Part shown: piece after piece, positions 26,567-32,704 of the stretch | How positions within the stretch are numbered: position 1 is the stretch's first letter | Layout of the letters: the number at the start of each line of letters is the position of its first letter | From: Rickettsiales bacterium | GTDB taxonomy: Bacteria > Pseudomonadota > Alphaproteobacteria > Rickettsiales > UBA1997 | DNA: 34,718 bases | Assembly: GCA_947487845.1 (NCBI GenBank) | Contig: CANKYC010000002.1 | Coordinates: 1 to 34,718, forward strand | Reading direction: 5' to 3' | Notes under the pieces: model-generated | Told to the model about the DNA's origin: nothing | What the model saw: the letters and a program-made list of their open reading frames with translations, nothing else | The model's database searches: none | Made by a program: the position numbers and the translations under genes

Positions 26567-27435
26567 AAATTTTCGATTTCCTTTTTTGCTTTGTTATAAA
26601 GTTCATCATTAAGCGGCAAATAATGCCATTGCATCTGGTTTTCCATAAATGAAATTCCGTGGCCTTTTATTGTTTTCATCAAAAAAATTTGCGGACGATT
26701 TGAAGCGCGAGAAAGTTTTTTTAAATCCGCTTCTTCATGACCATTAATTTCGGTAATTTCAAAACCCGTATTTCCCATTGAAATACGGGGTGGGGATCCC
26801 CGCAAAGCGGGGCGCGACTCGTGTCGCGTTTCCGTATCCCGAAGGGATAAAGGACTTTCAAAATTAAAAACGGCAAAAATTTCATGCAGTTTTTTTAAAT
26901 TTAACGAAGCAATTTCTTCAGTAGTTCCAAAACCTTGCAAGCCGTTGCAATCAATAATTACGGTGACATTTTTTAGCTGCTGATGATTTAAAAAAACCAA
27001 CGCTTCAAAATTACTGCCTTCTTGCCATTCGCCGTCGGACATTAAACAAAAAATTCGCCCTTCTTTTTTTTGTAATTTATTTCCTACAGACATCCCGCAA
27101 GCAAGCCCCAAGCCGTGCCCCAGACTTCCAGTGGCAAAAGGAATTTCCGCAATCCAGTTTGGTACCGGATGTCCGGCAAGTTTAGTTTGATCTTTATGAA
27201 AAGTTAAAAGTTGTTCATCAGAAATTTTTCCAACCGACCATAAAGCAATATAAAGCGCACCCGCAGCGTGACCTTTGGACAAAATAAAATGATCTTCTTT
27301 TTGCATGATATTGTGATGCAAATAAAGAATTGCATCAAGCGAAGAGAGGTTTCCGCCAATGTGACCAACTTTGGCTTCAAAATGCATTTTGAGCAATCGC
27401 AGGCGCGCTTGTTTTTGCAGCTCTGGGAATATCAT
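26563..27435 (-). CDS. Split transketolase, N-terminal (ThDP-binding) subunit, carrying an in-frame 33-codon repeat insertion.
   Basis: 290-aa ORF with LSKGHAAGALY, GSLGHGLGLACG and the ThDP motif SDGEWQEGSNFEAL...NGLQ. The segment SPLSLRDTETRHESRPALRGSPPRISMGNTGFE is encoded by a GC-rich cassette. Confidence 0.8.
   Translation of the reverse strand: MIFPELQKQARLRLLKMHFEAKVGHIGGNLSSLDAILYLHHNIMQKEDHFILSKGHAAGALYIALWSVGKISDEQLLTFHKDQTKLAGHPVPNWIAEIPFATGSLGHGLGLACGMSVGNKLQKKEGRIFCLMSDGEWQEGSNFEALVFLNHQQLKNVTVIIDCNGLQGFGTTEEIASLNLKKLHEIFAVFNFESPLSLRDTETRHESRPALRGSPPRISMGNTGFEITEINGHEEADLKKLSRASNRPQIFLMKTIKGHGISFMENQMQWHYLPLNDELYNKAKKEIENL
26765..26863. mobile_element. GC-rich multi-hairpin cassette (91-bp core plus one copy of an 8-bp direct repeat) inserted in frame in the transketolase N-subunit gene.
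   Basis: TTTCAAAA at 26757-26764 and 26856-26863 flanks the core. The core is 54/91 G+C by hand count. It contains four consecutive stem-loops: 26765-26789, 26798-26812, 26813-26828 and 26835-26849. Confidence 0.6.
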
Positions 27436-27614
27436 TAAAAAATTTATTAAGATTTTGGACGCGTTTTTTTAAAACTATTTAGACATGTCAGACTTTCAAT
27501 AAAGAATGATATTCTAAAAACAAAAAATTGATTGCAGTTTTGTAACTAAATTTGTTTGATGCGCGTCTTCAAAAAAATCTCACAATAATTCTTTTTAGAA
27601 GCGTTTTTTATTGG

Positions 27615-27690
27615 GGGGCTATAGCGCAGTTGGTAGCGCGCTTGCATGGCATGCAAGAGGTCACGAGTTCGACTCTCGTTAGCTCCACCA
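27615..27690 (+). tRNA. tRNA-Ala (anticodon GGC), CCA encoded.
   Basis: The 76-nt cloverleaf is GGGGCTA TA GCGC AGTTGGTA GCGC G CTTGC ATGGCAT GCAAG AGGTC ACGAG TTCGACT CTCGT TAGCTCC ACCA. It has the G3:U70 Ala identity pair, and the anticodon arm is identical to the E. coli tRNA-Ala(GGC) pattern. Confidence 0.95.
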
Positions 27691-27831
27691 GCCTTCGCTC
27701 TTATGAGCTTCGGCTGGCAGGCCAGCCCAACGGGCGGGACTGACGGACGGAGATCGTTAGAGCGAAGGCTGCCCGCCATAGCTCCCGAGGCAAAAACTCG
27801 GAGCTTATGTTCATCCAAAGCGACGGCGGGC
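27691..27831 (+). other. GC-rich, highly structured trailer directly abutting the tRNA-Ala 3' end; a candidate ncRNA or a relic of an inserted element.
   Basis: A perfect 10-bp long-range stem joins gccttcgctc (27691-27700) and gagcgaaggc (27760-27769), enclosing the hairpin ggctgg-cagg-ccagcc (27712-27727). A 7-bp stem joins gcccgcc (27771-27777) and ggcgggc (27825-27831), enclosing the imperfect hairpin 27778-27808. The composition contrasts sharply with the AT-rich flanks. Confidence 0.35.
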
Positions 27832-28027
27832 TTTACCAACAAACTTATACTAATTTCTTATCACCCTAAGAAAATGTATTACACCTACATCCTAAAATTG
27901 ATCCCCAATCCATACCAATCCCATATCAGCTATACCAAAGCCACTTAAACTCAAACAGTTTGTTTGCTATTTCAGTAACTTGAAAAAGATGGGATTATTT
28001 AAAAAAAATTTCATTTTATTTTAGCAT

Positions 28028-28246
28028 CGCAAAACCCCCCAACCCCCCTTAACAGGGGGGCTTTATCCGAGTTCGATCTCAAAAAGCCCCCTTAACAGAG
28101 AAGCTTTATCCGAGTTCGATCTCAAAAAGCCCCCTTAACAGAGAAGCTTTATCCGAGTTCGATCTCAAAAAGCCCCCTTAACAGAGAAGCTTTATCCGAG
28201 TTCGATCTCAAAGCCCCCCTGTTAAGGGGGGTTGGGGGGTTTTGCG
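28028..28246. repeat. Element with perfect 34-bp terminal inverted repeats enclosing four tandem 43-bp repeats.
   Basis: The left TIR is cgcaaaaccccccaaccccccttaacaggggggc (28028-28061), the exact reverse complement of 28213-28246. Tandem units start at 28044, 28087, 28130 and 28173. Units 2 and 3 are identical, unit 1 has 3 differences, and unit 4 is 2 nt shorter. Confidence 0.9.
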
Positions 28247-28354
28247 AATTTGAATTATTATGCCAAAGCAAAATGGTCGCGTTTCAAATAGCTTTGGTAT
28301 ATATCCACATTTAAATTTCACCCAACTCCAAATCGTAATCACCATTTTTAAAAA

Positions 28355-29665
28355 ATGACTAAGCAAAAAATCTCAATTTTCTGGTTTCGTCGCGACCTAC
28401 GGCTGGAAGACAATGCCGCATTATGGCAGGCTTTAAAAGCGGGGAATAAAATTCTGCCTATTTTTATTTTTGATAAAAATATTCTTGAGCATCTTGAAAA
28501 TAAAAAAGATGCCCGCGTTTTATTTATTCACCAAGAAATTTCGCGCTTGAAAAAAGAGTTGGAAAAACATGGTTCGTCACTGCGCGTTTTTTACGAAACT
28601 CCGCTCGCAGCTTATAAAAAAATAATCGCCGAATATGATGTGGCTGAAGTTTTTGCTAATCGCGATTACGAACCATACGCCAGAGCGCGTGACAAAGAAA
28701 TTTATGAATTTCTAAAATCACATAAAATTGATTTTAAAAGCCGCAAAGATCATGTGATTTTTGAAAAAAATGAAATTCTTAAAGATGACGGCAAGCCTTA
28801 CGTTGTATTTACGCCGTACAGCAAAAAATGGAAAAGCAGCGCTAATGATTTTTTCTTAAAAAAATATCCCAGCGAAAATTACTTAAAAAATCTTTATCCT
28901 TGTTCCGCTTTTGAACTGCCGAAAATTTCTGAAATTGGTTTTGTTGATTTTGATTTTGCTTATTTTCCCAAACGCGAACCCGACATCAAAATAATTGAAA
29001 ACTATGGCGCTAACCGCGATTTTCCTAGCGTCAAAGGCACCAGCCGCTTAAGTTTACATCTGCGTTTTGGAACAATTAGCATTCGCCGCGTTTGTCAAAT
29101 TGCTTCTGTAATAAGCGAAAAATGGCTTAATGAATTGATCTGGCGCGATTTTTACCAAATGATAATGTACCACTTTCCTTATTGCGCCAACAGCTCATTC
29201 AAGCCGCAATATGACAAAATAAAATGGCGTAATGACAAAGAGGAATTCAGAAAATGGTGCGCTGGCAAAACCGGTTATCCAATTGTTGATGCGGGTATGC
29301 GCGAACTCAACGAAACCGGCTTCATGCACAATCGCGTACGCATGATTGTTGCTAGTTTTTTATGCAAACATCTTTTGATTGATTGGAGTTGGGGTGAAAA
29401 ATATTTCGCGCAGAAACTTCTTGATTACGAGTTGGCGAGCAATGTTGGCGGATGGCAATGGACTTGCGGCAGCGGTTGCGACAGCGCGCCATATTTTCGC
29501 ATTTTTAATCCCGACAGCCAAACTGAAAAATTTGATCCCGAATTTAAATATATCAAAAAATGGGTTCCAGAATTTGCCGATAAATCTTATGAAAAGCCGA
29601 TGGTTGATCACAAACTCGCCCGCGTCAGGTGCCTTGAAACCTACAAAATGGCGCTTGTTTCTTAA
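28355..29665 (+). CDS. phr: Deoxyribodipyrimidine photolyase / cryptochrome-family flavoprotein.
   Basis: 436-aa ORF with the N-terminal ISIFWFRRDLRLEDNAAL and a C-terminal FAD-binding region (WRDFYQ, GYPIVDAGMRELNETGFMHNRVRMIVASFL, GGWQW). Confidence 0.9.
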   Translation: MTKQKISIFWFRRDLRLEDNAALWQALKAGNKILPIFIFDKNILEHLENKKDARVLFIHQEISRLKKELEKHGSSLRVFYETPLAAYKKIIAEYDVAEVFANRDYEPYARARDKEIYEFLKSHKIDFKSRKDHVIFEKNEILKDDGKPYVVFTPYSKKWKSSANDFFLKKYPSENYLKNLYPCSAFELPKISEIGFVDFDFAYFPKREPDIKIIENYGANRDFPSVKGTSRLSLHLRFGTISIRRVCQIASVISEKWLNELIWRDFYQMIMYHFPYCANSSFKPQYDKIKWRNDKEEFRKWCAGKTGYPIVDAGMRELNETGFMHNRVRMIVASFLCKHLLIDWSWGEKYFAQKLLDYELASNVGGWQWTCGSGCDSAPYFRIFNPDSQTEKFDPEFKYIKKWVPEFADKSYEKPMVDHKLARVRCLETYKMALVS

Positions 29666-30646
29666 CTAATTACTTAAAAAAGCAATTATTTTGTCGAACT
29701 CATTTAAGAACGAGCCATTTACAACCAAAAAAATAATTACTGTCGCCAAGCTTAGAAATATAAGTCGAGAACCCGTAAAACAAATTCGATCTCCCCACGC
29801 AATTTGAACTTTTGGCGCGCTGCTTAATTGTTCAAATTTTTTATAAAGCAAAACCCGATAACAAGTGTGAAGTGGTAAAAATAAAAAAGTGAATAGCAAA
29901 AAGTTAAGCAAAATAATTGTTAAGCGATTTTGCAAACCAAGATCTGAAATTTTGATACATGATCCAACTAAAACCAAAGTAAAAACCGTGATAAAAAGAG
30001 AACATAAAATCATCGCGCTCGGATTTTCACTAGCATATTCGCGGCTTTCCAGCATTGCGCTGGTGGCATTTTCATTTTTTGCGGATATCGAAGGAAGCGC
30101 CACAAAATAGCGAAATCCCAATAATAAAGAAGCTAATTGTAAAACTTCGACCATCGCAAATTTATATATTTTCTTAAAGCCTGATTTCAAAGGCTTTAAA
30201 CCATCTTCATTACGAAAATAATTATTCACAATTTCTAAATAAGATGAACGCAACCAGATAAAAAATATCAGAAAAATAATAATTTCGATAATTGGCAAAA
30301 TATTTACCACGCCAATATTTTGTAGGATCGAAACCGAGTTAAAATATTTATTAATTTTTGCTTCAAAAAAAATAAGTGAAAATAAAATCACTAAAAATAT
30401 CACGCTTAAAACTGTATTTACCTTCAAAAAAGTCAGGCTGTTTTTGCTCAAAATTTTCGTTGCGCCGCGCAAAATTGATGTAGCTTTTAGCTTAGTTTCA
30501 TCAAGAAGTTTTTCCGATTCTGGCTTTAATTTAACAGTTTCATATGAGTTTTGAGACAAGCTTTCATCAACAAGCAAAGGCTTTTCCAGCGATTGTTCGA
30601 GATTAGAAATAAAATCTGGCGTTTGATTTTCAGAAGAGTTTTTCAT
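29666..30646 (-). CDS. Hypothetical polytopic membrane protein with no recognisable family.
   Basis: 326-aa ORF with an acidic or polar N-terminal region of about 70 aa followed by about 6 hydrophobic helices. It lies downstream of hemW on the same strand, and its stop abuts the photolyase stop. Confidence 0.5.
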   Translation of the reverse strand: MKNSSENQTPDFISNLEQSLEKPLLVDESLSQNSYETVKLKPESEKLLDETKLKATSILRGATKILSKNSLTFLKVNTVLSVIFLVILFSLIFFEAKINKYFNSVSILQNIGVVNILPIIEIIIFLIFFIWLRSSYLEIVNNYFRNEDGLKPLKSGFKKIYKFAMVEVLQLASLLLGFRYFVALPSISAKNENATSAMLESREYASENPSAMILCSLFITVFTLVLVGSCIKISDLGLQNRLTIILLNFLLFTFLFLPLHTCYRVLLYKKFEQLSSAPKVQIAWGDRICFTGSRLIFLSLATVIIFLVVNGSFLNEFDKIIAFLSN

Positions 30647-30654
30647 ATTTATTT

Positions 30655-31821
30655 TTAAATTAGCGCTTCACAAACTTTGGTGATGATTGAATTAGTTAGA
30701 AGCCGCGCATGATTTGGGATTTTTATCGAATCAATTGTAACTTCTATTAAACCATGATTTGCAAGCATTTGTAGCTTTTTTTTATCAAAAATTTGCGCAA
30801 TGTTTCTTTTAAAATGAGTTTGAAAAATTTGATCATCAATTCCTTGCGGCAAGCGCAAACCCATTAAAATCAACTCTTCGAGCAATTCTACGCTTGAAAT
30901 TTTTTCCATTTTCTGAATTCCAGCGCCAATTTCTTGGGCTTTTTTTAACCAGCTTAAAGGCTCATGAAGCATTGTTATTGCTGATCTTTCAAGATCATCT
31001 TCCAAATAAATTCGCGAATGCGCGCCAGCGCCAATTCCTAAGTAATCGCCGCCTTGCCAATAAACTAAATTATGGCGCGATTCAAAATTTTTCTTGGCAT
31101 AATTGGAAATTTCATAAAGCTCGAAACCAGCGTCAGACGTGATTTGATTGGTCATTTCATAAAAATCTGCCGATAAATTTTCATCCGGCATTTCAAATTC
31201 TTTACGCGCAAATTGAGTATAAAATTTAGTTCCGCGTTCTATCGTTAATTGATAAAGCGAAAGATGTTTAGTACCAAAATTTATGGCGCGCGCCAGTTCA
31301 TTTTTCCATTCTTGCAACTCTTGTTTTGGTCTGGCGTAAATTAAATCGAAAGAAAAATTATCGAAAATTTTTGCCGCCAATTCAATTACCGAAATTGCTT
31401 CTTTTGCCGAATGTTCGCGACCTAAAAATTTTAAATCGGCATCATTTAAAGCCTGAATTCCAATTGAAAGTCGATTGACACCAATTTCTCTTAAAGCCTT
31501 GAAATTCTTGCTTTCCGATGATGTTGGATTTGCTTCCAAAGTGACTTCACAATTTTCATCAATTTCCCAAAGTGCGGCAATTTTTTTTAAAATTCCTTCC
31601 ACCAAAAATATCGGCATTAATGACGGCGTTCCGCCACCAAAAAAAATTGTTTTTACTTTACGCTTCGAAATTTTCGTCGCAAAAAAATCAAGTTCGCGCT
31701 CATAAGCCTGCAAAAATTTTTCATGTTCAACTTCGTCGCGCACATGCGAATTGAAATCGCAATAAGGACATTTCGATTTGCAAAAAGGATAATGAATATA
31801 GATGGATAAAGGTTTTCTCAC
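30655..31821 (-). CDS. hemW: Radical-SAM heme chaperone HemW / HemN-like coproporphyrinogen III oxidase family.
   Basis: It has the CxxxCxxC motif in YIHYPFCKSKCPYCDFNS and GGGTPS. The ORF extends to 31998, but that extension overlaps the divergent FTR1 gene and does not look like protein. GTG at 31821 gives (M)RKPLSIYIHYPFC, the usual HemW N-terminus. Confidence 0.8.
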   Translation of the reverse strand: MRKPLSIYIHYPFCKSKCPYCDFNSHVRDEVEHEKFLQAYERELDFFATKISKRKVKTIFFGGGTPSLMPIFLVEGILKKIAALWEIDENCEVTLEANPTSSESKNFKALREIGVNRLSIGIQALNDADLKFLGREHSAKEAISVIELAAKIFDNFSFDLIYARPKQELQEWKNELARAINFGTKHLSLYQLTIERGTKFYTQFARKEFEMPDENLSADFYEMTNQITSDAGFELYEISNYAKKNFESRHNLVYWQGGDYLGIGAGAHSRIYLEDDLERSAITMLHEPLSWLKKAQEIGAGIQKMEKISSVELLEELILMGLRLPQGIDDQIFQTHFKRNIAQIFDKKKLQMLANHGLIEVTIDSIKIPNHARLLTNSIITKVCEALI

Positions 31822-31897
31822 AAATTGTCTTGATCTAATTAAAATTTTGATAAATGTTCTCGTTTCGTTTTTTCCCAAATAAAAATCTTCACAAAAA

Positions 31898-32698
31898 ATG
31901 CTGCAAATCGCAATCGTAGTTTTTCGCGAAATACTCGAAATTTCTCTTATCGTCGGAATTTTAACCGCCGCAACCAAAGACATTTCTGGTCGCGGCAAAT
32001 GGATTTCTAGCGGTTTATTGCTAGGAATTATCGCTTCTTTAGGTTTGGCTTTTTCAACTGATAAAATCTCTGAAAGCTTGGATGGAATGGGTCAGGAATT
32101 TTTTAACGGCCTAATTTTAATTTCCGCTTCTGTGATGATTGGATGGACTGTTTTATGGATGCAAAAGCATGCCAAATCTATTTCCGGCGAATTAAAACGT
32201 TTAAGCAATTCAATTCGCGATGGTCATAAACCGCTTTACGCTTTATTGGTTGTAGTATTTTTATCAGTTTTGCGCGAAAGCGCTGAAATCGTGCTTTTCA
32301 CTTATAGTTATTATGTTTCTGGAACCGGAATTGGCGAAATTATTTTAGGACTTTTTATAGGAATCACTTTTGGCGCAACCGCCGGAATTGCACTTTATTT
32401 CGGAATTTTAAAAGCTTTCGGAAAATATTTTTTCATTGTCACAACTTGGATTTTAATTTTTTTAGCAGCAGGAATTGCCGCTCAAGGAATCGGCTTTTGG
32501 ATTAATGCTGGCATTGTTGCGCCGCTTGCAAATCCAATTTTTGACAGCTCGCAGATTTTATCGCAACATAGTGTTTTTGGGAAGTTTTTGAATATCTTTT
32601 TTGGCTATATCGATCAACCGGCGGGAGCGCAATTGATTGCTTATTTGGTGACTTTGACGGTTTTGGTTTTGGGACTTAGAATCGCGAAGAGAATATAA
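31898..32698 (+). CDS. FTR1/EfeU-family high-affinity iron permease.
   Basis: 266-aa ORF with 7 predicted TM helices and two REXXE motifs: FREILEISL near the N-terminus and LRESAEIVLF in TM4. Confidence 0.8.
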   Translation: MLQIAIVVFREILEISLIVGILTAATKDISGRGKWISSGLLLGIIASLGLAFSTDKISESLDGMGQEFFNGLILISASVMIGWTVLWMQKHAKSISGELKRLSNSIRDGHKPLYALLVVVFLSVLRESAEIVLFTYSYYVSGTGIGEIILGLFIGITFGATAGIALYFGILKAFGKYFFIVTTWILIFLAAGIAAQGIGFWINAGIVAPLANPIFDSSQILSQHSVFGKFLNIFFGYIDQPAGAQLIAYLVTLTVLVLGLRIAKRI

Positions 32699-32704
32699 AA
32701 AAAT

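Noticed and set aside
26765-26863. An intein or a self-splicing intron in the transketolase N-subunit gene.
   Set aside because: At 33 codons it is far too short for an intein, and there are no Cys/Ser...His-Asn splice junction residues. At 99 nt it is too short for a group I or II intron, and no domain V-like motif is present. The flanking 8-bp direct repeat fits a transposition-type insertion better.
27691-27831. The GC-rich trailer as tmRNA, 5S rRNA, SRP (4.5S) RNA or RNase P RNA.
   Set aside because: The adjacent tRNA is a complete tRNA-Ala, not a tRNA-like domain, and there is no tag-peptide frame. The conserved strings I know were not found on either strand: 5S CCGAAC/GAAGTGAAAC, the SRP GGAA tetraloop context AGGTCCGGAAGGAAGCAGCC, and RNase P GAGGAAAGTCC.
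27546-27948. Three predicted ORFs (27546..27842 minus, 27552..27743 plus, 27646..27948 plus) covering the tRNA-Ala gene and its GC-rich trailer.
   Set aside because: They overlap a well-formed tRNA, partly antisense to it, and a GC-rich structured segment. Their open frames are explained by the lack of AT-rich stop codons there. The translations are Arg/Ala/Pro/Gly-rich, unlike every real protein in the window.
28044-28213. The 43-bp repeat unit as a tandemly duplicated fragment of the tRNA-Ala T-arm (cgagttcgatctc versus the tRNA cgagttcgactctc).
   Set aside because: The match is only about 13 nt with a gap. The repeat cannot form the T-stem (ccgag is followed by ctcaa, not ctcgg), and similar GTTCGA strings are common. 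I kept it as a curiosity, not a claim.
28028-28246. A CRISPR array.
   Set aside because: The 43-bp repeats are contiguous with no spacers, there are only four units, and they are bounded by inverted repeats. There are no cas genes in the window.
31822-31998. The 59-aa N-terminal extension of the hemW ORF (ATG at 31998).
   Set aside because: The extension overlaps the divergent FTR1 gene start at 31898 and has no HemW-like sequence. GTG at 31821 gives the canonical distance to the CxxxCxxC motif.
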